Shown piece by piece: positions 51,501 through 62,708 of a DNA stretch of 64,000 bases. Under the pieces are notes generated by a model, which ran no database searches, had not been told where the DNA came from, and worked only from the letters and a program-made list of their open reading frames with translations. The translations under genes were made by a program, and so were the position numbers. Source of the DNA: Moniliella sp. 'wahieum' (Eukaryota); contig RSEE01000007.1 in the NCBI GenBank assembly GCA_003971905.1, positions 372,001-436,000 of the forward strand, written 5' to 3'. Numbering within the stretch: position 1 is the stretch's first letter; every line of letters starts with the position of its first letter.

Positions 51501-51598
51501 GGGCTCATGGTGTAGTGGTATCATGCCTCTTTCGGGAGTTGCCCGAGTGGTTAAGAGTTCGCTTAGAGGTGGTCGGGGTTCAATTCCCGCTGAGCCCA
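51501..51598 (+). tRNA. tRNA-Pro(CGG) with a 27-nt intron (51537-51563)
   Basis: Acceptor stem GGGCTCA/TGAGCCC. D-arm TGGTGTAGTGGTATCAT. Anticodon stem CCTCT/AGAGG with loop TT-CGG-G and the intron after position 37. T-loop GGTTCAATTCC. The T-stem is one base short, consistent with a dropped C in GCGGG. Confidence 0.88.
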
Positions 51599-51599
51599 C

Positions 51600-51604
51600 T
51601 TTTT
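51600..51604 (+). terminator. RNA polymerase III T-run terminator
   Basis: TTTTT immediately downstream of the tRNA. Confidence 0.75.
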
Positions 51605-51974
51605 GCGTGGGTTTCCATGATCCTGCTTCTAACCGCGGCCCAGGGGTCAACGTGGCAGGCGGAATTGGGAATGAATGGGTTCGACATCTGAAATGTGAGG
51701 ACTGGATGCTGGCTGGCGCTGGGCCGCAGCCGGAAGCGTCAGGCCGTGACGCGTGGCGTGTGACGCGTGACCGGTCAGGTGACCAGTGACTGCGAGCTAG
51801 TGAGCCTAGTGAGGCCAGTGAGGGCCCAGGGCCTCAGGCCCTGAGGCCTTCAACTGAGTGTACTGATTCCGCCGTTGGAGCCGTGGCACCGGGGCGGGGT
51901 GGCTGCGTAGCCCTTTGCGCTACCACCACCATCTCTGTGCCCGTATCTGCTACCTCCGTTGGCCCTGCACTGCA

Positions 51975-54900
51975 ATGGGTGCGTGGCCTTCTTCCATGCG
52001 GCTGCGCCGTGTGCTGCGACTGACATTTCTTGGCCAGGTATTCCCAAGTTCTTCCGACATGTGTCGGAACGCTATCCGATGATCTCTCAGCTGATCGAGG
52101 GCGAGAAGATCCCCGAGTTCGACAACCTCTACCTCGACATGAACGGTATCATTCACATGCTCTCATCCCAACGACGATGACGCTTCCTTCCGCCAGACAG
52201 ATGCCCAGCTCTATGGCCATTTTTGCTTACATTGAGCATCTTTTCGTCATCATCAAGCCCAAGAAACTCATGTTTATGGCCATTGATGGTGTCGCCCCAC
52301 GTGCTAAGATGAACCAGCAACGCTCTCGTCGTTTCCGCACCGCTCAGGAGGCAAAAGAGGTTAGGACAAGGCTCTCAAGCGTGGCGAGGTTCTCCCTGAG
52401 GAGGACGCGTTTGATTCGAATGCCATTACTCCTGGTACTCCCTTCATGGCCCGTCTATCTGAGCAGCTGCGCTACTTTGTCTCCAAGAAGATCTCGGAGG
52501 ATGCCGAGTGGCGCGGCGTGCAAGTTATTCTTTCCGGCCATGAGGTACCCGGTGAGGGGGAACACAAGATCATGGAGTACATTCGTCTCCACAAGGCCCA
52601 GGAAGGTTACAACCCTAATATTCGCCATTGTTTGTATGGGTTGGATGCCGACTTATCATGCTTGGACTCGTCAGTCACGACCCTCATTTTGCCCTCCTCC
52701 GTGAGGAGGTCCAATTTGGCCCAAGGCGGAAGGGCAAAGGAACGTGAGTTTCACGCTCTCTTAAACTTGATCTTGAGACGAAAAGTACTGACTCCCTTGC
52801 TTCCAGGCTCCAGAGCCAGAACTTTTTCTTGCTCCATTTATCCTTATTCCGGGAATATCTTGACCTCGAGTTCTCCGACCTCAAGTCAACTCTGCCTTTC
52901 CCTTACTCACTAGAGTCGATCATCGATGACTTCATCCTGATTTGTATTTTCGTTGGGAACGACTTTTGCCGCATCTTCCTGATTTACACATCAACGAGGG
53001 TGCCCTCGAGCTTCTGTTTGGCATCTACAAGAATATCCTCCCCACTGCGGGTGGGTACTTGAATGAGGGCGGCGTTCTTCGTGTCGATCGCCTTCAGCTT
53101 CTTCTCGGGGGGTTGAAGGAGTTTGAGCGCAACAAGCTTGAGGAGGCCGTGTCGGATGCTGGTCCTAACTTGACCCGTTCGGTGGCCAAGTCTAAGGCTA
53201 AAGCGGTCAAGAAGTCCCGCGCTCGTGGTGACCTGGTTCTCACCCCTTCTCAGAAGGACGTATTTGACCAGGTCAAGACGTTTGTTGAGGCGCAGCAGTC
53301 CAACCAAGGTACTACTCCATCCGAAGTAACGATTCCTTCGGACCAAATGGCTGCAGCAGAGGACCGGGCATTCCTCCAAAAATTGACCGAGAGTTTGCAT
53401 CTCAAGCTCTCCTTGGATGACTATGATCCTGAGACGGACGGGACGAGGACCACATCGGGATGTTGCCTGTTTGGGCTGATGGCGACTCGAGTTCAGACGA
53501 GACGGACCCCATTGCCTTGGCCGAGTCACAGGCAGCGATTAATCGTGTTCTTCAGAAGTACTCTCAAGCCACAATTGAGACGACTGCCGAAGCGGCTCAG
53601 GAGGATCTTGACAAGCAACGACAGGACAAATTGGACGCAAGTATCACTACCATCAAGACGAAATACTACAAAGAGAAGATGGGTATTGATCTCAAGGACC
53701 AAAAGGCGATCGACATGTTGGCGTATCGCTACATCGAGGGTCTGCAATGGGTGTTGTTCTATTATTACCGCGGTGTTGTTTCATGGGGTTGGTTTTACGA
53801 TTACCACTATGCACCGCGTATTAGCGACATCGCAGATGTCAGCGACATGAAGTTCAACTTCGAGCTGGGCACGCCATTCAAGCCGTTTGCACAACTAATG
53901 GGTGTGCTACCTCCCCTTTCCAAGGCGTTGGTCCCCGTTCCGTTTCAGCAGCTTATGACGGACCCCACCTCGCCGCTAATCGATTTCTATCCTATGAACT
54001 TTGAGTCGGACCTCAACGGAAAGAAGGCGAGCTGGGAGGCAGTCGTCAAGATTCCCTTCATCGAAGAGGCGCGCCTGATCGCGAGCTGGAGAAGCGCGAT
54101 GCCCTCTTAGCGACGAGGAACACCGCCGCAATTCGTCTCAACCAGCAACAAGTTTCTCGTATGATGAAGAATTTGAGCACCCCCTCTCCTCGTCGCTACC
54201 GGGGGTGTTCCCTGATCTACTCCATGCCCGGGCCAAGGCTCAGCCCTTTTATCTCCCTCCCCTCGAGTAAACAAGTTGCACACGACTTGTGCAATGGGGT
54301 ACACTTGGGTGCCAATGCTCTACCCGGCTTCCCTTCGCTAAAGACTTACCCCACGTGGCCGAGCTCGACTTCCATCAAGTGAACCTTTTCCAGCAGGACA
54401 GCCGCAATCAGTCGATGGTCATCACGATTGAGAGCCGCTATGAAGGAGCGACGACGGATGATGTGGCCAAGGCAACCATTGGAATGCGCACCTTTGTGAA
54501 CTGGCCCTTCCTTCAGGAGGCACTGGTGGTTGCCGTGAGCGATGCGTACTTCAAGCATGAGATGGGCCTGATTGGAGGCAAGCGTGCTATTGTGAGCAAC
54601 GAGCACTCGCCCGAGGCGGCCCGCGATTGGATGCGGCAAGCTCGCAAAATCGAGCATACTTACGACAAACGCTTCGGTGTTGTGATTGGCGAAGTGACTA
54701 TGCTACTCCACACCCGGCCACTCAAGGGCCTGCAGCTTATGGATGATAGCTCGTTCCTCAAAGAGTATGAGCATGACCCCAAGATGGAAGCATTGCAAGC
54801 ACTACAACTTTCTGTCTCGTCGGTCAGCCAGGAAGACTCGCGTTACATGGAGCGCAAGGCCCTGCCTCTCGACCGTGAATTTCCCGTTGGCGAACACGTC

Positions 54901-56351
54901 TTCTTCCTTGGGAAGGAACTCTATGGTGCTCCCGCCACGGTTGTGGCCTCTAACAAGACGGCAATGGCACTGGAATTGCGAGCGTTTGTGTTGCAAGCTA
55001 AAGAGAACCAAGCGCTGGCTAAAATTGTCCAGAGCCGTTCCCTGACAAGTACTTTACTTCGTCAATGGTGCCAGACTTTTCGCCCACCCGCTTGCTCTCG
55101 CTCGGGTCACATCGACTGTGCTGATTCAGTACAAGGAATCACGGGTTAACTTGGGCCTGAATCTTAAGTTTGAGGCCAAGTCGTTGAAAGTACTGGGGTA
55201 CTCGCGAAAGAACCTTCACGGCTGGGAGTTTTCCGAGAAGGCAATCGAGCTCATCAGTGAGTACAAGGCGGCATTCCGGAAGTGTTTGCTGCGCTGTCCC
55301 CGTCGCATGGCAAGGACGAGGTGCGCACGGCTGAAGACATTTTCGGAGAAAACGCGGCGTCCCGGATGGAAGCTGTCAAAGCTTGGGTCAAAGAGAAGAA
55401 AGTCCGTGACCTCGAAACAGTGCCGCTCTTTGCCGAGCAGCTCGATCGTGAGACTGTGCAGACTATCGAAGGCTTCACAGAGCGCATGGGCTGGATGCGG
55501 GCGTCGCAGGCCTCATCTTCAGACCAAGGCCAAGGCCCGACAGGGGTCAAATCGATGGTCATCAAGAACATCCCGCCAGGCAGTCCTCAAGCCGAGCCAC
55601 TCGGCCTTCCGTCTCAAGGGTCAAACGTTCTCGCTCGGGGACCGGCTTGTGGTGGTACAGGACTCGGGTTCGGTGCCTCTTGCGGCAATGGGGGTCGTTG
55701 TGGGGCTGAATGTGAGCTCGATTGACGCAGTGTTTGACTTCCCCTTCCTTGGAGGTTCTAACCTCCAGGGCCGGTGTCGCCCGCACTGTGGGGCTACAGT
55801 GCAATTCCACCAAGTGCTGAACATGACGGCGGCTCAGTTTGTCGCCGAAAGCAACTCTAAGGGCGCGGCACCCTATGTGCACCAGGACGCATTGACCCGC
55901 ACCCTGCGTGATGTTCAGACAGGCAGTGCCCGCGGGCATGGGGCCAGCACCACCACCTGACGCCCGTGGCCCGACCTTTTCGACGGGCCCGGTTTCCAAG
56001 CCGCCTTCGGGCTTCGTACCAGCCAAGGGTCCACCGCGCATTCTCTCTCGCCCGCAGGGGCAAGCGCCTGCTTCGGGGGTCCTCCCCGGCACTCCTACTC
56101 GGCCACCGCTTCAGGCGAAGCCCACCCGTCGCAGCTTCGGGCCCAGGCATCGGCTGCGGTGGATCCCCGTCTGGCCCTGTTGAACGGTGTGTCTGTTCCG
56201 CCGCTTTCGGCCGAGTCGGCGCAGATCGCGTCCAACGGCCGTGGGCGGGGCCGGGGCCGGGACCGGCGGTCCCCGTGGACGTGGACGTGGGGCCGCACCT
56301 GGACGTGGTGGCCATATCAATGTTGCTCGCCCTGGCCCTCAAGCTGAGTGA
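51975..56351 (+). CDS. XRN1: Cytoplasmic 5'-3' exoribonuclease Xrn1
   Basis: ATG G, intron 51979..52037, GIPKFFR. Then [80 protein letters not shown] and NLGLNLKFE (Xrn1-type C-terminal domains), ending in an RG-rich tail. Confidence 0.96.
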
Positions 56352-56699
56352 TCTGGTTGAAGGCCAGAGTTGGGTTTTGCTGGTTTGTATTGGCATGATG
56401 TCTGCTGTCACGTTGGACGTTATCTGTACTTGTTGCAACCTTCTGCACCATGGCTCCCATGCCACTGGAATTGTATTGTCTCGCGACTTACCAATGAAAA
56501 GTGTGAGACCAAATCATAAGCGATCGATACCTACAGGCCTCATCCTCATCCAGCCTACACTGGATTTTAACCGACATGAAGACTATTTTGGCCTGTTGTA
56601 CGAGGGAAATCCTCTATTCAATCTGGTGCATGGAGACATGGGTAGTAACGTAGGATCCTCCCACTTGGTAGGTCGGGAAAGCTACTACCGTCGCGCGGA

Positions 56700-59152
56700 A
56701 GGCGTGGAGGTCCAGCTCCAGAGCGCATATACTTTTTGTTAACAAGCAACCCAGCTGGTAGTGCATGAGCTGCACCTGGGGGTCGAAGTATCCGTGGCGG
56801 TGATGTTGTTGCAGCTGGCGATGTTCGTCCACTTGGTCACTCGACACGGATGAAGCAATTCTCCTGAACAGTGGGTCGGCTGAGCCGGGAGTGTACCGTC
56901 ATCAGAGGCGTGCTGCATGCATTGCCCAAAGACGACGGCAGCTGGGGTAGCATAGCCAATGACGGCAGAGGGAAGACTATATTTGGGACCAAGTTATCAT
57001 CGCAACGAGCTAAGCAAAGGCAATTCCTATATACTTTGCTCCATCGGATGAGAAAACTCATGGATAATGCATCACCGCCGTCCTAGTCCATGTGGGCACC
57101 GAGTGCCGAAGCAGTCCTCAATCCTAAGACCGATGCTTGTGGACCCGAGAGCGTGTCCGATCCCGAAGGAACCGAGACTGTCCGTGCACCGCCTGCCCCT
57201 AGGCCCGAAAGTCCAGCACCGCCTGCAGACGGCATGGCAACGTAGCCTGAGGGCAGTCCAGGGGGGGGAGGATGGAAGCCTTGCATGTGCGGGGAGGAAT
57301 ATCCGGAAGGGACAGGCGCGGGTGGTGCCGCGAACGATGGTCGGGCAGGAAGACGGGCGCCCCCTGGCGCCATAGGAAGGGTAGCCATTCGTGGGCCCCG
57401 GTTGGGCGGGGGAGTGAATAGCCCAAACCGTAGGAAGATGCCATGGGAACACCAGTAGCGACCCCAGGAGCGAGACTCGCGGTTGGCGGCGCAGCCTTTC
57501 CGCCTCGTGTGGGGCGGCGACTTGGGCCGTAGCGTGTCGACAACTGGGTCGTACGGCAAGACATTCGATCGGTCTTTGAGCTCGCAGCCGGGCGGATCGA
57601 CGGCAAAGTACGAGTCGTACTCAGATTTAATGTATGGGCGTGGTTCCTGCAGCGCAGGCAGGGATACGTGCGGATGAGGTGGCAGTCCGGCTCCTTCTCC
57701 TGCATCAAACGCAGCGATGATTTCAGCCTGGGTCTGTGGATGGGAGTGAAGCTCCTTCTCTGGATCGGGACCAGGCCAGCCAGGAGCGTCAGGGCCAACC
57801 GACTGGCCAACAGTCAACCACCCAGGACGGAGATTGTCGTTCGTACCAAACAACTCGATCCGCCGCGTCCCCTGACAAAAGTTTTCGATCAGCGAGTAAA
57901 GTTCGGGGGGTTTGGCTTGCATCTTTTGCCGTATAGTGCGGGCTACGCGCAGCTCGTCTTCCAGCTTGGGGTCTGCCCCGGGATTACCATGGTCCTTGGG
58001 TCCTGAAATAGGAGGGGGTGACCAGAGAATTACGTCCGTGTCAATGTTGCAGTGAACAAAGTTGGTGTCCACCGACCTGCGCACCGTCCCGCGAATGCCC
58101 ATCAGACAATGTTGGATGGTGCGAGTCAGTCCCGACGTGTGGAACTGCATCGAGGAAGCGGGCGGATCTTCTGATGTGTTGGAATCTTCGGCGCCACTGC
58201 CTACCGATACGCACACAATGTCCTCGCATCGACGGAACCCCCATTTGCTAAGAGCTCGCGCCTCTCTCTAGACCATCTGCCGCACCCGTCCCGACCCACA
58301 GAAAGACAAAGCTGAGGTAAGGGAGCGTTAGTACATACTTTGGAGGGACTCGTGGGCGTACCTTTCCTTGGCTGCTAACTGAGGGATGGGAAGTGCAGCA
58401 ATTTGCTCCCAGGACCAAAATTGGTCTTCTGGAAGTTCAAGAGGCTCCGCGCCGACACCGGACATGGGCTCGGGGAAGACGGAGCGAGCAGTAGGCAGAG
58501 ATTCCCAGTGATACGTCTCCAAGGGTGCATCGATCAATACCACATCGTACTTGACGGGAAGCAGAGCACCAAGATGGAAGAGGGAAGGTGCATCTTGTCC
58601 TGGAGGAGGGGGGCGAAGTAGAGAGGAACGCAGGTCGGCGGTGGCGTATGTGGGTGGGTGGGCATGTTGGCGCACAAGTTGCTGCTGCGCCTCAACCAGC
58701 TTGCGTAGCTTGGGGTACTCGGCAAACCGACCATTGAGGGACCCATTGCGCACCGCACCGCCAGGCAGCTCCGCACACATCGTATCGACGAAGCGCTGCG
58801 CATAGTCGTTACGCACCGTCTCCTCTTCAGGAATGAAGTTGGGCCCCAACGTAGGATGCTCATTGGAAGGAGGCAGCAGCATCAGTTCCCATCCTGCGTC
58901 GTTGTTTCCTTCTGCACATGTGAGGGAGGATAAATGGATGAAGATGGTGCCAAGTCTGCGCAATATCGCTCCCAAAGCGGTAGAGCGGATGCGCGCGGGA
59001 AGCGGGCGTTCGAACACCGCAGCAGGCCCGGGGCCTGACGATGGCTGCGGGAGAACGGCATGTCGCGCCCGAACCTGTTCCCGCAGAGCAGCCAGCTGCG
59101 CCCTCCTGTTCTGCGACACCGGCGCTGAAGCAGAAGCATTCTGAGCAGCCAT
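56700..59152 (-). CDS. KAR4: METTL14/Kar4-like non-catalytic subunit of the mRNA m6A methyltransferase (MT-A70 family)
   Basis: RNDYAQRFVDT, FAEYPKL, YDVVLIDAPL (degenerate DPPW), WSWEQI, intron 58361..58312 (TACTAAC), FVFLWVG, WGFRRCEDI, HCLMGIRGTVRRSVDTNFVHCNIDTDVI and IENFCQGTRRIELFG. The 3' end is uncertain. Confidence 0.9.
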
Positions 59153-59579
59153 CCTGTAACCACGATGGTTGGCTTGGGGTAGAGCGGGATGGGGCGGGAT
59201 AGAGGGAGGCACACGCGTAATAATCCGCTGCCCGCGTTTGACCTGGGCGGAACCTGTCACACATCCATTACCCCAAATTTTGCCAAATCCGGCCTCCTTC
59301 TCTGTCAGGTCCCTCCTCCAGCAGCTTCAAGGAACCAAAGTAAACCTAGCGATTAGCAACTAGTAACGGGCTGTCCAGATGATGCACATGTTATGCGCTT
59401 CTCCTACAGCCAGGGGGTAGCGGCACCAGTTTTGCCTGGGGTTACTGTCAACTCTGTCAAATGGAGCATTTGCGCTTATCCTAGCGCAGTTGACATGGAT
59501 GATTGTAATTGCCATGCCTGGTATGCCTTGGGTCGCCCAGCTGGACCACATCGATTACGCACGATCAGGGCGGGGAAGA

Positions 59580-60075
59580 TTACTTGGCCAGGCCAGGGTA
59601 GAGCTCCTCTTTGAGCGTAACACCAAGCTCCTTGCGCACAGGTTCGAGGACGTCAAGGTATTGCTGGTACTGCTCCTTGTTCTCTACCTTGGCCTTAAGA
59701 GCCTCGAATACACGAACAGCGGTTGGGTAGTCGTTGACCCTGCGCGCAGCGCGAATGATAGCCTCAGCGACTTCGGGCGAGGGGACCAGGTCGTATGAAA
59801 AGGAGTTGTTGAAGCCGCGCTGGACCTCGAACAGGTCTTCAGCCTCACTGAAGAACTTGACGTAGCGGGCGGTGAACTCCTCGTACGTCTCCTCCTCGTG
59901 GTGAGCGGAGTAGTTGCGAACAAAGACTGGCAGGGGGAAGGGTTAGTTGGGGGCGAGGAAGGGGGAGGATCAGGGAGAAAAAAAACGCACGAGCGGCAGG
60001 GCGGCGCGCAGCGGGAAGAGCAGCGCGCGTGGCAGCACGGGCAACAACGGCAGAGCGGACGACACCGGAAAGCAT
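59580..60075 (-). CDS. COX6: Cytochrome c oxidase subunit VI (COX5A family) precursor
   Basis: Arg/Ala-rich presequence, intron 59990..59927, then HEEETYEEFTARY, DLFEVQRGFNNSFSYDLVPSP, RAARRVNDYPTAVRVFEALKAKVEN and KELGVTLKEELYPGLAK*. Confidence 0.95.
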
Positions 60076-62708
60076 GGCGGACAGGGACAGGGACAGGGGC
60101 AGGGGCAGGACAAAGGACAAGGAGGCGGAGGGCAGAAGTTGGTGTTGCCGCCGTCCAGGCGCGAACACACCCGAGATGTGGGTGCAGCAACCCTACCGGC
60201 ACCCCACTAGCTTCTGCGATACACTGCCCCCGGCAAGAGGATGGCCGGCTTAGAAATAATTCATTTCCGTCTTCCGCTCTGCCGGCGGAATGAGAGCCAC
60301 CAATCTGCCCACTTCAGCATGGACACCGGCTCCATATATCGCTTGGTGTCAACAGAACTACTGTTGATTGAACCTTAGGGCCCAAGGCCTATCAAAGTAC
60401 AGAGTATTGAGTATGCACCTCTGCTGCTCAGCAAAGGTTTGCTTCTGCTGCACCACTTGCTGGAGGAAGGTGGTCAGGCTGTTGGTGGAAACGGGCGCGG
60501 ATACCTGGAGAACTATGGTAAACGAAAATGTATTTATCGCGGTCAATCATCTTTTGAATCCATATCATTGACAGAGCTTAAGGCTGGGACAGGGGGAACG
60601 CTACGTCTAAACCGAACCGTTCATCTTGCGGGGGTTACTTGGAAGCGCCACTAAGGTCAAGGAACCAGGGGGATCGCCAGGATATCAGGACCCTCCGGTT
60701 CTCGCCATCCGGTCCCGTACCCTAGATCATCTTTCATGAGCGGTGCATCCTCACTTTTCGATGAGATGGGTGTCGCGGGGGAAGAGGCCCAATGCAGGGT
60801 GCAGAGACTGATATAAGGAAGCTGTTGCATATGGCGCACATTCGGCAATTTTTCCTTGTTGTATTGCCTGGGTTGTATGTTTTTTTGTTATCAACTTCCT
60901 GGGCTTTTTTCATGTGTAATCACCTACTTATTCTTCTACCCTCACTCAACACAGACTTTTCCCCTCCGCATCGCAAAGTGGACAACCCCTTCTGCACACC
61001 CTGATTTCCCCCCGGCTATATGATCTTTTGGAGGGATCGCTAACGAGAAAAGAAATAGGCGAATATGGCGGGGAAATATAAGAGAGCAGAGGGAGGATCG
61101 ATCTACACATCTCCGTTGGGGAGAAGCGGTTGCTTGGCGTAGACAGTTGCTGCGGTAGCTATGGAAAGCTCTCGGAGAGGCGACTGTGTAGATAGCCCAT
61201 TCCAACATTTTGTCGCACGCATCTCGCCTTATTCACCCCCAATTTTTTTTCTTGCAGTGTGTTTGTTGGCAATGTCTTTCTCCGACTTTATTCCTCTCAC
61301 CCTTTAGCGATGTTGCCATCTTCCCGTCGTCGACTCCACATTTTGGTCTGCTCCTCGCTCAGTCTCACAACTGACATGCATGCCGTACAAAATACATCAA
61401 CCCTTCATATAAGTCATCCGGGCTGAAGGTATACCGGAAGAGGGGGTTCACAGGAAACGCGAGATAAAAGAGGGAAACTGTAGATGAATTCCATATCCTT
61501 CTGAAGGGGAAACTCGAGAGCTCAGTCCACATCGATGCATATGCGCTCCTACCATATGCCGCCTACCCTATTACACCTTGTCCCTGATTCGCATTCGATC
61601 GTTTTTTCAACCTGGCCAACCTTGGCATGCCTCTTCTCCTCAAAACTTTGGTTCTGGAGCATGGTTGGCGACGTTAACTTGGTCTGTTTAGCCTTCCTGC
61701 TCTTGATATACAGCCTTAGACCTTAGGCTTTTGGTCTTACTAAGCCTCTGGTATACAAAGCGCCTGAAAGCTTGTTGGATTCCAGTACTGACCAGGCCCG
61801 TGGCCAGTGCATGATGCCTATACGAGCACTACATAGTCTTCATGGCTTGTCGTGTGGCATATTCTACTGCGGGGCGGGGAGACGTTGCGGGGATGCTGTG
61901 TGAGTAAAATGATGATCAATGAAGGAGATCGAAGCTTGATGAAGCTTTTGCGCTTGAAGCTTGATGCAAAGTCGGGTGTTTCTTCCGATAATCGATAACT
62001 TTGTTGGTCAAGAAGATCTGCGCACGGAGAAGTACTTACTGCGGGCAGTGTGCTGGAGTGCCCGGTGCTACCCAGATCCATTGGCCTGGTAAACCTGTAA
62101 AGCTTAAAGCTTGTACACAAAGCGAACGCGTACTGCCCTCCAAGGCGCACGCTGCAATGGGGCACTGCGCAACGCACGCTCTGCCAGGAGGGCGCGAGGC
62201 TGGATAGGTGTGACATGTGACAGGTGACATTTGACATGCGACACGCGACATGTGACGTGTGGACATCACTCGGCCCCTGGCTCAGAGCGCCCCCGTGCCC
62301 CCGGCCATGCGCCAACATGGCTCAGGTCGGGGCAGCCGAACACAGCAAATCACATCAGCGCATCCTGCGCATCATGCATCGCCCATCACCCGCCACGCCT
62401 CCGCCGCAGCATCATGCATCGGCGCATCGGCGGAGAATAAAATAAAACGCGCAATTTTTGTTTTTCCCCGAGACTCGCCTCGTTCGCCTGGGACGGCGCC
62501 TGCCTGCCATTCTCAAATCCTCGTGTCTCTTGTCACCATGTCACCAACACTAGGGGACCGTAAATATGTAACTCCCCAACACTTGTACGTTAGAACAGCG
62601 GCATTGCATGCGACGGCCACGTACTCCCAACCAGCCGATCCCGGTCGCACGCACCCGTGGAAGACAGAACGACGCCACCACCATACCTTCATCTCGTCTC
62701 CATCTCAC

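Noticed and set aside
51570..51590. tRNA pseudogene call because of the imperfect T-stem
   Set aside because: Restoring a single deleted C gives a perfect GCGGG/CCCGC stem. All other arms and the terminator are intact.
58910..59000. Non-canonical intron near the 5' end of the METTL14/KAR4 gene
   Set aside because: There is an acceptor-like CTCAC...GCAG but no donor. An alternative frame reads as plausible protein, so frameshift error is the simpler explanation.
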